Assembly: GCA_044347345.1 (NCBI GenBank)
Contig: JBIKUX010000013.1
Location: 14,747-78,746 of the forward strand
Length of the DNA: 64,000 nt
Direction: 5' to 3'
Source: Bdellovibrionota bacterium
GTDB taxonomy: Bacteria > Bdellovibrionota_C > UBA2361 > JBIKUX01
Shown: piece after piece, positions 40,856-50,480 of the stretch
Layout of the letters: every line of letters begins with the position of its first letter
How positions within the stretch are numbered: position 1 is the stretch's first letter
The notes under the pieces: model-generated
What the model saw: the letters and a program-made list of their open reading frames with translations, nothing else
Told to the model about the DNA's origin: nothing
Databases searched by the model: none
Made by a program: the position numbers and the translations under genes

Positions 40856-42457
40856 ATGATACGATTTTGTATTCCTCTATTTTTCTCTTTCTTACTATCA
40901 ATAATTACTTATAGCAATATTGATGAAGATTTGTGGTGGCACCTCAGAGTAGGTCAATTAATTTACGGTAACGGTGAACTGCCGGCTTTAGATCCGTACT
41001 CTTACACGGCGTCATCTGCGCGTTGGATTAACCATGAGTGGTTAAGCGATGTAGCTATAGCTAAAATTTACAATATTTCAGGAAGCATCGGTCTTTTCTG
41101 GCTCAGAGCAATATTAATTATTTGTATAGGAGCATTACTATACCGCCTCGCAAAACCTTTCGGTTGGATTGGCATGATAACCGGATGTATTGTTGTCGCC
41201 GAATTAGGAAAAGGTCTTGGCACTCGACCTCAGATTTGGACGTATGGCAGCATGGCCGTCCTTGTTCTAATCTTTGGTTCGTCAGTGCTAATAAATCGTA
41301 CCAACCTTAGTAGGGTTAGGGTAGGGTGGGGGATGCTACCAGCAGCTCTGCTGTTCCCTTTTTTTTCGCTTTGGGTAAACATCCACGGTGGTTGGATAGC
41401 TGGAGTGGTATTTCTCTTGGGTTTAGCTGGTCATGCCATTCTATTCAATGCACCGAAGAGAGAGATTTTATTTAGATCCAGCTGGGCGATTTCAGCATTA
41501 TTGGGAACTTTAATTAACCCCTACGGCACCGAAGTCTATAAATACTTGCTTAATGAATTTAGCAGAAATCATCCAATTACCGAGTGGCAACCCATAACTG
41601 TTAATTTAAGTGAGCATTTGCCATTTTTGCTTCTTACAATACTTTTTGTAATTTTACATCTGTACCTGTTCAAGAAAAATTTGCATCGACTGACTCTATA
41701 CTCTCCGAGTACTGCTCCGCTAAGTTTAGCCGCATTTTTTGCTATTATTTTGGCTTGGCAAGCTCAACGACATACTCCCTTAGCTGCCTTACTACTTTTT
41801 GTACCGATAGCTAGCGGCTTAACTGGCATTGTCGATTCATTTCCGAAAACTTTTTTTTCTAAGCAGTCAGTTTCGATTTTAAAGATTAGTTTAGTAGCCT
41901 TTACACTTTATAAAATTGTTAATGCAGTGTTGTTATTCTCAGTACACTCTGGTCAGTTGTTCTATTTTAATGATGAATATCCAGAAGAGGCACTGAAACA
42001 CACCAAGCAGTTAATGACTTCAGGAAAAATGGCAGTACCTCTTGAGTGGGGTGGCTATGTATTGGCTTTAGCTGGTCCAAATATTAAAATTTCTCTTGAT
42101 GGTAGGTTCGCAACTCTCTATCCAGAATCAATAGTTGAGGGAAATTTTGCTCTCTATAACGGGGCAACTGGTTGGGAAGAATACATTCAAAAATTTAAGC
42201 CTGACGTCATTCTAGCACCAAACTATCTTCCACATCTGGAAAAAAGCGACAAATGGACAGTAAGTTACCGAGACAAAATTTCCACGGTCTATCTTGCGAC
42301 TGATTCTTTATCCACTGACTCTTTATCTACTGACTCTTTATCTACTGGCTATGTCCCCAAGAAAGCTTTTAGTCTAGAAAACTCGCCTACCATGACCTTC
42401 TCGCATTCGCATTTTCCTCTCAACGAAACTGGAAGACTCGTAATTTTTTCTCCCTAG
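40856..42457 (+). CDS. Polytopic membrane protein, GT-C-like
   Basis: D.DLWWHL..G, DPYS.T, HEWL, W.N.HGG, INPYG, DGR motifs; many TM helices. Confidence 0.6.
   Translation: MIRFCIPLFFSFLLSIITYSNIDEDLWWHLRVGQLIYGNGELPALDPYSYTASSARWINHEWLSDVAIAKIYNISGSIGLFWLRAILIICIGALLYRLAKPFGWIGMITGCIVVAELGKGLGTRPQIWTYGSMAVLVLIFGSSVLINRTNLSRVRVGWGMLPAALLFPFFSLWVNIHGGWIAGVVFLLGLAGHAILFNAPKREILFRSSWAISALLGTLINPYGTEVYKYLLNEFSRNHPITEWQPITVNLSEHLPFLLLTILFVILHLYLFKKNLHRLTLYSPSTAPLSLAAFFAIILAWQAQRHTPLAALLLFVPIASGLTGIVDSFPKTFFSKQSVSILKISLVAFTLYKIVNAVLLFSVHSGQLFYFNDEYPEEALKHTKQLMTSGKMAVPLEWGGYVLALAGPNIKISLDGRFATLYPESIVEGNFALYNGATGWEEYIQKFKPDVILAPNYLPHLEKSDKWTVSYRDKISTVYLATDSLSTDSLSTDSLSTGYVPKKAFSLENSPTMTFSHSHFPLNETGRLVIFSP
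42299..42343 (+). repeat. 15-bp x3 in-frame tandem repeat (TDSLS)
   Basis: actgaYtctttatcY x3. Confidence 0.85.
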
Positions 42458-42530
42458 AGAGAGGGCTCTGTCCTTACAAAAAGAGCCCTGAACGTAAACT
42501 CTGAAATAAGTTTTTCTTACTATTACTAGC

Positions 42531-42565
42531 CTCGTCGTACATAATGCCTTTTTATGTACGACGAG
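42531..42565. terminator. 14-bp perfect hairpin between convergent genes
   Basis: ctcgtcgtacataa-N7-ttatgtacgacgag; second hairpin agggctct/agagccct at ~42462-42489. Confidence 0.55.
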
Positions 42566-42635
42566 ATTGTAAAACCTCGAGAGAAGATATTAGGTGCTAA
42601 GTATTAAGTATTAAGTATTCGGCTTAATTTAACTC

Positions 42636-43202
42636 TTAACGAATAGTTTGATTACACAATCCTTTAACGCTACCGATGCACCGTCCGGCATCTTCTACTT
42701 TAGCACAACTTTTTTTGTTCAAAGTGAAAAATATCGCAGGTTTACCAGAGCTTTTAATAGCTTTGCGTCTGAGGCTAGATGTACTCATAGTACAACGGTA
42801 CCTACCTCCACTGTGGCCATGCGCCACCGCCCACGGACAAGATCCGATTGTTGTTCCTTTAGAATCTAATATTTTAGCACCTTTAGTTGAGCCAATTCTT
42901 GCATTCAAAATTAAAGTAGGCTCCTTTCGAAAACCGACTATTGGGGCCGGATAAGTACGGCCACCGGCTCTCATTGGAGCTGAATGCTTGTAAATAAATG
43001 AACGACCTTTTTTTACATCTAAAATGCGCTCACAACCGCGTTTTACAAGCTCTTTATACTCACCTTTACCTACCTGTTCTGCTCGATTTAAGCTAAGTGA
43101 CTTAGCACCACTACTATCACTCTCTTGTGCGTAAACTAAAGAGCCCGGAAGTTTTACGGCAAAAAGTAATACAAAACATGTAATGATGTTGGTTTTTTTC
43201 AT
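42636..43202 (-). CDS. Secreted basic hypothetical protein
   Basis: Signal peptide ending VYA, six Cys in the mature part, GAGGA RBS. Confidence 0.7.
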   Translation of the reverse strand: MKKTNIITCFVLLFAVKLPGSLVYAQESDSSGAKSLSLNRAEQVGKGEYKELVKRGCERILDVKKGRSFIYKHSAPMRAGGRTYPAPIVGFRKEPTLILNARIGSTKGAKILDSKGTTIGSCPWAVAHGHSGGRYRCTMSTSSLRRKAIKSSGKPAIFFTLNKKSCAKVEDAGRCIGSVKGLCNQTIR

Positions 43203-43466
43203 TCTTCATCCTCTCTATTTTAGCTAAAATAGCCACTTATTAATCTAGTAGTTAGCATAATCTCGCCGCTGATTATGCCTAGTGAAATACTCTAACTGCA
43301 ATAAATTAAATGTTTTTATCCGAAGATTAACCAAAATACTTATTTTTCTCTCATTCTCGCTTTTACAACTTAGTTGCGCTAAGCTCCTTACAGAGAAGGC
43401 ATCTAATTCTAATAATATTCCACCCTGCACTTAGAATTTTAATAATGATGTTTAAATAATCAGGTT

Positions 43467-44090
43467 TTGGGCGAATTTATTTTACCAAATTTTACAGGCA
43501 TAATGAGGCGTTTCCTTAAAAACCATACCATACAGTTACAGTCCGAGTTATCAAAAAAACTCGGTGAGTGTAACAGTCATTGTGCTTGTGATGGTTCGGG
43601 TAATAATCTAGTCGCTGTGGATCAGTCTGACCGAATTGGAATCATTGTTTCTTTGTTATGCCTTTTTCACTGCGCTGCTCCAGCTATTTGCGCATCTTTT
43701 CTGCCAGCTCTAATTGAGGTAAACGGATTACTAGCAAAAGAGTCAGCCGAAGCTTTAGTTCATTTTTTTTTAGCACCATTAGTGATTTTTACAGCTCTCG
43801 TAAGTGCTAAGGCAATTCATCGAAAATGTGCTGAGCATTGCCTATGTAAGCTAGCTTTTATAACTGGAGCTGCTCTAATTTTTTTAACTGTTGTGTTAGA
43901 ATGCCTTGGAATAGCCGACAACCTCAAGATTACGGTGGGTAGTGTAATCTTGAGCACTACAACACTAGAATCGGTCTTAACTGTATCAGCAGGAGTAATT
44001 TTAGTTTGTGCCCACCTTCACAGGATTTTTTATCCTTCAAACACAACTATTCCTACCAGTAAATATCAGGCAGTAAATATCAAAAATTAG
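43467..44090 (+). CDS. MerC-domain membrane protein
   Basis: DRIGI..S.LC..HC, four TM helices, terminal AH; start uncertain. Confidence 0.7.
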   Translation: MGEFILPNFTGIMRRFLKNHTIQLQSELSKKLGECNSHCACDGSGNNLVAVDQSDRIGIIVSLLCLFHCAAPAICASFLPALIEVNGLLAKESAEALVHFFLAPLVIFTALVSAKAIHRKCAEHCLCKLAFITGAALIFLTVVLECLGIADNLKITVGSVILSTTTLESVLTVSAGVILVCAHLHRIFYPSNTTIPTSKYQAVNIKN

Positions 44091-44155
44091 CTAGTTAAAT
44101 AGAGCGCTATTAACTGGCTTGCAAAAAGTATCACTAGCTGATATCCACGTGGTCG

Positions 44156-44249
44156 TTCCTAGGGGAGGCTACCAGCCTGAGATGCGAGTATAATTGCTAC
44201 GCGAACCCTTATTTTTTAAACCTGATTCGGATAATGCCGACGTAGGAAA
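44156..44249 (+). ncRNA. TPP riboswitch
   Basis: TTCCTA/TAGGAA P1, GGGG...CTGAGA, ACCCTT, ACCTGAT.CGG.TAATGCCG.CG. Confidence 0.93.
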
Positions 44250-44264
44250 GGGGCCATAAAATAT

Positions 44265-46460
44265 ATGAAATTTTCCATTACTAAGATTTTAGTAGTTAGA
44301 TCAGTTTTTTTAGCACAACTCTTTTCAACATTTTTTTTCTCTCAATTACTTTTTGTCAGTGAATCGTTTTTTTCATTATTATTCGTCTCTTCACTCGAGT
44401 TTTTTTTAGGAACGAAAAATTTACAAGCTGAACAACAGGACAACAATGTTGAGAATAATAGTTCCTCAAATACTTTAATCACAGTGCGTGGATATTCTCT
44501 TCCAACTACCTTACAAAAAGTTCCTGGAAGCACTTCAATTATATCGCAAGATAATCTTGTGCAGAGTGGCTCTGACTTTTTTCAACAACAAATTCTTACT
44601 CTACCAAATCTAAACTGGGCCGGAGGAACATCTCGACCTCGCTACTTTCAAATCAGAGGAACAGGTGACACTGAACAGTATGAAGGTGCTCCAAATTCAT
44701 CCGTAGCAGTTATATTAGATGAGGTGGATGTTACTGGTGTTGGAGCGGCTCTTACATTATTTGATATTGAACAGCTCGAATTACATCGAGGTCCTCAGCC
44801 GATAAGATTTGGTTCAAGTGCACTGGCAGGTGCTCTTAATTTAACCTCGGCAGAACCTACCTCTAAGTACACCGGTACGGGCTTAATATCAGTGGGAAAT
44901 GATAACCTCATTCAAGGTGGTGGAGCCCTTGGAGGAGCTGTTTCACAAGAAGCACAATTTAGAATAAGCGCATTTGGACACAAACAGGATGGGTTTCGAC
45001 ACAATGAATTTTTGAACAGTAATTCAACAAATGATAGAGATGAATTTACTGGCCGCGCTAAACTAAAGATAACTCCATGGGACAACTTTAATTCTTTGAC
45101 TTTATCGGTAATTTCAGCAGACCTTAATAACGGTTTTGATGCGTTTAGCGTGCAAAACAAATTCATAACACAATCAGATCGTCCAGGAGAAGATGAACAA
45201 AGATTTAGACTTGTATCATTAACGGGTAAATTTAGCGTTGATGATAGTACAGAGCTCCTCTCAGTTACGAGTTACTATCAATCCAAATTAAACTATTCTT
45301 TTGATGGTGACTGGGGTAACAACCCTTTCTGGGCACCATTTACTCCTTATGATTTTTTTTCTTCAACAAATAGATCACGTGAAGTGTTAGCTCAACAAGT
45401 ACGCACAGTCACTAAAATACCAACATTTAACGGTAGCCTTAGTTGGATGAACGGCATCTTTATTCAAGACTTAAGTGAAAATACAGCAACAAGGGAGTTT
45501 TCTGATAATGAACAATACGACTCATTAGATGAATACTATGACGCTACCACTGCTGCAGTTTTTTCTAACATATCAGCGCCCGTTTCTTCACAAGTAACAC
45601 TATCAATTGGCGGACGAATTGAAAGAAGACTAACGGATTATAAAGATTCTCGAGATAGTCTATTTACACCAGCAGATACTATGACAGGTGGATTAGTTTC
45701 CGCCCAATATCATTGGACAGAAAATTCCCATTTATACGGGCTTATAAGCCGAGGCTTTAGAGGTGGTGGATTTAATTCAGGACCTAACGTGCCGCTAAAT
45801 TTCAAAGAATACACATCAGAAAATCTTATAAATTATGAGATTGGAGTAAAGAGCTACCTATTGGAACGAAAAGTAAATCACTCACTCTCGTTGTTTACTC
45901 AGGCTCGACGTGATCAACAAATTGGTTTATCGATCCAAGATGATCCGTCTGACCCTTTATCATTCACTTATATCACCGAAAATGCCGCTAAAGGGCGCAC
46001 TTATGGTTTAGAAAACGAGATAGACTATACAGTCACAGAAAGATTGAACTTAAACACTACGCTCGGTTTACTAGACACAGAGCTTACCGAAGTTGATCCG
46101 CTCCTAGCAACGCTCGAAGGGCGAGCCCAAGCTCATGCGCCTCGATGGCAGTATAGTGCTTCAACCAGTTATAAATTTACCGATAACATCACTGGGAGCT
46201 TAGGGATAGCTGGTCGAGGGTCATTTTATTTCGGTGATTCTCATAATTCGAAATCATCCCCATATCATCTGATAAACGCCAATATCGCGTATAAATGGGG
46301 CACTTGGACAGCTCAAATTTGGGGAAGAAATTTAACTGATGAACAATATGCAGTTAGAGGATTCTTTTTTGGTAATGAGCCTCCAGATTTTTCGAATAAA
46401 AAATATGTGCAGCTTGGTGATCCGCTCACAACTGGCGTTACTATCATTTATAATTTTTAG
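44265..46460 (+). CDS. TonB-dependent receptor, probably for thiamine
   Basis: Plug IRG and RGPQ...G motifs, C-terminal YNF; under TPP riboswitch. Confidence 0.88.
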   Translation: MKFSITKILVVRSVFLAQLFSTFFFSQLLFVSESFFSLLFVSSLEFFLGTKNLQAEQQDNNVENNSSSNTLITVRGYSLPTTLQKVPGSTSIISQDNLVQSGSDFFQQQILTLPNLNWAGGTSRPRYFQIRGTGDTEQYEGAPNSSVAVILDEVDVTGVGAALTLFDIEQLELHRGPQPIRFGSSALAGALNLTSAEPTSKYTGTGLISVGNDNLIQGGGALGGAVSQEAQFRISAFGHKQDGFRHNEFLNSNSTNDRDEFTGRAKLKITPWDNFNSLTLSVISADLNNGFDAFSVQNKFITQSDRPGEDEQRFRLVSLTGKFSVDDSTELLSVTSYYQSKLNYSFDGDWGNNPFWAPFTPYDFFSSTNRSREVLAQQVRTVTKIPTFNGSLSWMNGIFIQDLSENTATREFSDNEQYDSLDEYYDATTAAVFSNISAPVSSQVTLSIGGRIERRLTDYKDSRDSLFTPADTMTGGLVSAQYHWTENSHLYGLISRGFRGGGFNSGPNVPLNFKEYTSENLINYEIGVKSYLLERKVNHSLSLFTQARRDQQIGLSIQDDPSDPLSFTYITENAAKGRTYGLENEIDYTVTERLNLNTTLGLLDTELTEVDPLLATLEGRAQAHAPRWQYSASTSYKFTDNITGSLGIAGRGSFYFGDSHNSKSSPYHLINANIAYKWGTWTAQIWGRNLTDEQYAVRGFFFGNEPPDFSNKKYVQLGDPLTTGVTIIYNF

Positions 46461-46462
46461 AT

Positions 46463-47050
46463 ATGTTAACGGTTGAGATATGCGGCACTCTTATCGCTCT
46501 TGGTTACGTTTTGCTTACTATTTGGGAAGATAGTCGATGTTGGTACCTCGCCATCGTAAGTGCAATAATTTTTTCTTATATTTTTTTTCAAGCTGAGCTT
46601 TACTTTGAGTCCATCCTTCAATGGATCTTTGTAATACTATCAATACGGGGTCTGCTTTTATGGGGTAATGGTAAAAATCAAGAAAAACTACAGTCTCAAA
46701 AATCATTATCTCCTAAATGGATGTCTTCCAAAGAGCGTATAATTCATTTTATTGCCTGTATTATAGGAACCTTTAGTCTTGTCGCTATAGCCTCTTTCAC
46801 ATCACTCTCACTCTCACTTTCACCAGTCATAATTTACCTAGATGCGTTTATTACTGCTGGTAGTATTGTGGCTACCATTCAAGCAACTAAGAAGGCTACT
46901 GAAAGTTGGCTATCATGGATCTGCGTAAACTGCCTAGCCAGTGGGCTATACATCCATAAAAACCTTTATATTACCGCTTTTTTATACGGTGTTTATACCT
47001 TGCTCGCAGTTTATGGATTTAATAAATGGCGACAAAAACAGCGACTGTGA
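46463..47050 (+). CDS. pnuC: PnuC/PnuT family vitamin transporter
   Basis: LDAF.T..S, E.WL.W..VN, YG...W; TPP context suggests thiamine. Confidence 0.85.
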   Translation: MLTVEICGTLIALGYVLLTIWEDSRCWYLAIVSAIIFSYIFFQAELYFESILQWIFVILSIRGLLLWGNGKNQEKLQSQKSLSPKWMSSKERIIHFIACIIGTFSLVAIASFTSLSLSLSPVIIYLDAFITAGSIVATIQATKKATESWLSWICVNCLASGLYIHKNLYITAFLYGVYTLLAVYGFNKWRQKQRL

Positions 47051-47108
47051 CTATGCCTGTGACTATGACTGTGACTGTGCCTGTGACTGTGAGTATGACT
47101 GTGCCTGT
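47043..47108. repeat. Hexamer tandem array, 11 units
   Basis: gactgt/gactat/gcctgt/gagtat units across the pnuC stop. Confidence 0.9.
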
Positions 47109-47189
47109 TCTCAGAAACTATTTCTGGAAATATCGAGCAAAGTCGTTCGCGCCGTTCCTCTGCAACATCCATCGACTCCAATTATCGTA

Positions 47190-47499
47190 TGCACGCCATA
47201 GCTCGTCACGACGTGCTTCAAGGGTGCGCCGTTCCTTCTCGAGCTTTAGTTTATCTGGAAGATTACCAGCTGAACGAGCCTGCTTTTATCATCTTGGCTC
47301 ATAAGAGAGCTTCAACATACGGAACCACTCTGTGGTGCACTCCCATTGCGGATGCAAGGTTGAGAACTTTGGTAGCTGTTGTCTTCTTAGTCGCTATCGC
47401 CCTCTTAAGGGCATCAAATCCGATGCGGGGAGAGATTATGACTTTAAGGGTTAGCGCATCCATGATAGTTCGCTCAATCGTTGTAATTGAATAGCCACC
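47190..47499 (-). pseudogene. Type IV TA (AbiEi C-terminus + AbiEii N-terminus) remnants
   Basis: ITTIERTIMD...V.PYVEALL ending in an ATGA overlap (47299-47302) with a frame broken by TAA at 47246-47248. Confidence 0.6.
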
Positions 47500-48125
47500 G
47501 TGAGACGCAAATCCCCCCTTCCGCATCGAGTCGCGTGCTCGATCAAGAAGTTGCGAGAAAGCTCTGAGAGACAAGACCCAAAGCACTCTATCTGCATGAG
47601 ATCGAACGAGCATTAGATACAACCAAGAAACAACGATAGCAAGTCAAGGTGATAAGAGAGCTTGATGTAGCAATCAAAGACTATCGAGACGTTCTAGTTA
47701 TTATTGTGGAGCAGTAAGTGCCGTATCTATTGAATGAGCGACTACCCTTACAGAAGAGGGATAGCGTATGGCCCTACTAAAGTTCAAACAGTTCCACAAA
47801 CGAGAAGCCAACATCCATGAGAGCACACAAACGCCATCATCTCTCTCCAAGCTGTACGACATCAACCAAGACGGCATGGAGATCCACATCAACATCGTTC
47901 TTACCAAACATGAGCAGCACCTTCAGGTCGTGTGCAGTTTCTATATCGAGTAGCTGACGAATTGGCTGCTATAGAGAAGGCTCTGAAGCAGTAGCAATCC
48001 CAAGACCGAGGACATATGTCACTGGGTAGATTACCCGTTGAAAACTAGTGCTGCCTGTGGTCTGATACCGACTGTTCCGACCTTCTTTTACCAATTAGAC
48101 AAACGTTTCTTTATTGGAGAGGCGC

Positions 48126-48323
48126 ATGGGACTAAATCCAGCTACCGAGCAATGGGTGTCAGTCGAGCAGATTGCTCAACATCTGAATGTCAAAGCCTTC
48201 ACCATCTACAAATGGCTTGAGCGAAAGGATATGCCTGCACACAAGGTGGGTCGGAAGGCTCTCTGGAGGTTTAGAACCTCGGAAGTTGACAAATGGGTCG
48301 AGTCTCTGGAAGAGCCGGCATGA
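48126..48323 (+). CDS. Excisionase-like HTH_17 DNA-binding protein
   Basis: WVSVEQIA.HL.V...TIYKW....MPAHKVG...WRF..SEVD.W; GGAGG RBS. Confidence 0.85.
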   Translation: MGLNPATEQWVSVEQIAQHLNVKAFTIYKWLERKDMPAHKVGRKALWRFRTSEVDKWVESLEEPA

Positions 48324-48352
48324 ATTACAGTGCGGACGAGCAGGAGTAAAGC

Positions 48353-48991
48353 TTGGGTAGCAATTTAGCCATAAACCGGTATGCGCAGTTGGGAGAGGAG
48401 TCTTATGACACCAATCTCATTACTGGCGCCCTGTTATGGGCTGACATGCGCAAGCTCGCCCAGCTTATCTGCAGCGGTCATACGCCTGCAGCAATCAGAT
48501 CGCTTGTGGTAGAAACCAACTTGCTGCAACGAAGCAGGCCAAAAACTTCATTAAATATCTATTCATACTTGTCTAAGCGTCTTTCAATCTCCCCTCCATC
48601 TCTTATTCGTTTGATAGCTGACGGTAATAGCATCGTTTCGAGACAAGCAGCTCTTCTCGCAGCGATGCTATCAAGTCGATTTCTTAGGGAGTTTTTTGGC
48701 ACTGTAGTTTGCGATCGCCTTGAGAGCTTTAACCCCTCGCTGGCTTCACTGTTTTGGGAAGACTACTGGAGCTCTTGTGTTGCAAACGACCCCTCACTTC
48801 ATTCGGTCAGACAAAAGACAGTCAACAAAATCAGATCCAATCTGCTCAAAGTTCTAGTTGAAGTAGATGTCCTCGAATCTCCAAAGGCAAAGGCGTTAAA
48901 GGCTGTTCGATTTTATCCACAAGTCACAGCACTTTTGAAGTCGTCAGAGCTTATGTGGTTAAAACCCTATATTAGAAGCTTTGTAAGGTAA
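48353..48991 (+). CDS. brxA: BREX protein BrxA (DUF1819)
   Basis: Y...L.TG.L, NLLQ, T..KIRS.L...L.E; first gene of BREX locus. Confidence 0.8.
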   Translation: MGSNLAINRYAQLGEESYDTNLITGALLWADMRKLAQLICSGHTPAAIRSLVVETNLLQRSRPKTSLNIYSYLSKRLSISPPSLIRLIADGNSIVSRQAALLAAMLSSRFLREFFGTVVCDRLESFNPSLASLFWEDYWSSCVANDPSLHSVRQKTVNKIRSNLLKVLVEVDVLESPKAKALKAVRFYPQVTALLKSSELMWLKPYIRSFVR

Positions 48992-48995
48992 GAGT

Positions 48996-49151
48996 ATGGA
49001 TGCAAAGCTTGAATTACTTAAAACTCGACTCAATAAAATCCGGGAGAAGATCTCCTCCCCTGCATTTCTTTCCAACGAAGGCATCGGAAACGAGATTGGA
49101 TTCTATATCTTCGACTATGCGCCACAGTTCGAGTTGACCGCTACAGGGTAA
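48996..49151 (+). pseudogene. brxB: BrxB N-terminal fragment
   Basis: Hand translation MDAKLELLKTRLNKIREKISSPAFLSNEGIGNEIGFYIFDYAPQFEL then stop; GNEIGFYIFDY is a BrxB hallmark. Confidence 0.85.
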
Positions 49152-49407
49152 GATGTCAAACGAAGAGAAGCGTCTCGATGCCCAAATCGACACCGCCAGC
49201 ACACCTGCTGAGCGAAATAGATTCAAGAAGGAACTTGAGAAGCTTAAGAAAAAGCAGGTTGAACTTAAGGCTTTTGACGAGCTTTTGCACCATTATGCCG
49301 ACAAGCGCATCAGCCTCGACCTCGATGATGGGGTGAAGGTGAATTATGGCAAGTTTGGGGCGCTGCTGGCTGAGGTAAAACAAGTTACTGGAGGCAGCGA
49401 AGAATGA
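49138..49407 (+). pseudogene. pglX: PglX (BrxX) C-terminal fragment
   Basis: FDELLHHYAD.RI.LDLDDGVKVNYGKFG.LL is the conserved PglX C-terminus. Confidence 0.88.
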
Positions 49408-50480
49408 GTAAAGAGATCACCGTCCCAAGCAAAGGCCAGGTAATCCTCTATCAAACGCAGGACGACCAAACTCGTATTGAGGTGCTTCTTGAACAGGAAA
49501 CGGTTTGGCTTACGCAGGGACAGATGGCTGAGTTATTTCAGACCACAGTTCCGAACGTGAGCATGCACATTCGAAACCTCTTTCAGGAAGGTGAATTAAC
49601 CAAAGATTCAGTTGTTAAGGAATTCTTAACAACTGCTGCTGACGGCAAAGCGTATAAGACCAATTATTACAATTTAGATGTAATAATATCAGTAGGTTAT
49701 AGAGTTAAGTCGCTTCGGGGGACTCAGTTTAGAATATGGGCCACACAGCGCCTTAGAGAATTCTTGGTTAAGGGCTTTATTCTGGATGATGAAAGGCTAT
49801 CTGAAGGTAAAACAGAACCTCGTTACTTCGATGAGCTGATTACCCGCATCCGGGCGATCAGAGCTTCTGAGAAAAACTTTTATCGCAAGGTTCAAGATAT
49901 CTACGCCACCAGCATCGATTACGATCCAACGCAGCCGATTACCCAAGAATTTTTTGCTACCGTACAAAACAAAATGCATTGGGCAGCCCACGGTAAGACT
50001 GCTGCAGAGGTTATTGCGCAGCGTGCCGACGCTTCAAAGCCGAACATGGGATTAACCGCTTGGAAGGGTAAAGCACTCACCAAGAACGACACTATGGTTG
50101 CTAAAAATTATCTCTCGCAAGATGAACTTGAAGTACTGAATCTCCTCGTGTCTCAGTATCTCGACTTTGCAGAGTTACAAGCTAGAGCTAAAAAGCCGAT
50201 GTACATGAAAGATTGGGCAGCAAAGCTCCATGATTTTCTGAAAGTCAACGATCGAGAGATCTTAAAGGATGCGGGGCGAATTTCTCGTACCATGGCGGAG
50301 GAGTTAGTCACAAAGGAGTTTGAGAAATATCAATCCCGCCTCTCTCTTCAAGACAATAACCCGCTTCATCCAGATTTGGAGGCTCAGCTAAGCAGGCGAC
50401 CAAAGTTAAAAGCGCCAGAACCTTCTCAGAAAGAGAAGGCCAGCCGGAAAACGAAGCCAAAAGACAAGAAATATGAGTGA
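49404..50480 (+). CDS. Virulence RhuM family protein
   Basis: VWLTQ..MAELF, YNLDVIISVGYRV.S.RG.QFR.WA, IR.IRASE, VQNK.H.A. Confidence 0.92.
   Translation: MSKEITVPSKGQVILYQTQDDQTRIEVLLEQETVWLTQGQMAELFQTTVPNVSMHIRNLFQEGELTKDSVVKEFLTTAADGKAYKTNYYNLDVIISVGYRVKSLRGTQFRIWATQRLREFLVKGFILDDERLSEGKTEPRYFDELITRIRAIRASEKNFYRKVQDIYATSIDYDPTQPITQEFFATVQNKMHWAAHGKTAAEVIAQRADASKPNMGLTAWKGKALTKNDTMVAKNYLSQDELEVLNLLVSQYLDFAELQARAKKPMYMKDWAAKLHDFLKVNDREILKDAGRISRTMAEELVTKEFEKYQSRLSLQDNNPLHPDLEAQLSRRPKLKAPEPSQKEKASRKTKPKDKKYE

Noticed and set aside
43430-43462. Fur/Zur box upstream of the MerC-like gene
   Set aside because: Only a half-match in very AT-rich sequence
47043-47108. Possible CRISPR array here or elsewhere
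   Set aside because: No repeat-spacer structure and no cas genes seen in the window
47026-47304. ORFs 46941-47201 and 47026-47304 with CD/VT repeats
   Set aside because: Translations of the hexamer repeat overlapping pnuC; no protein evidence
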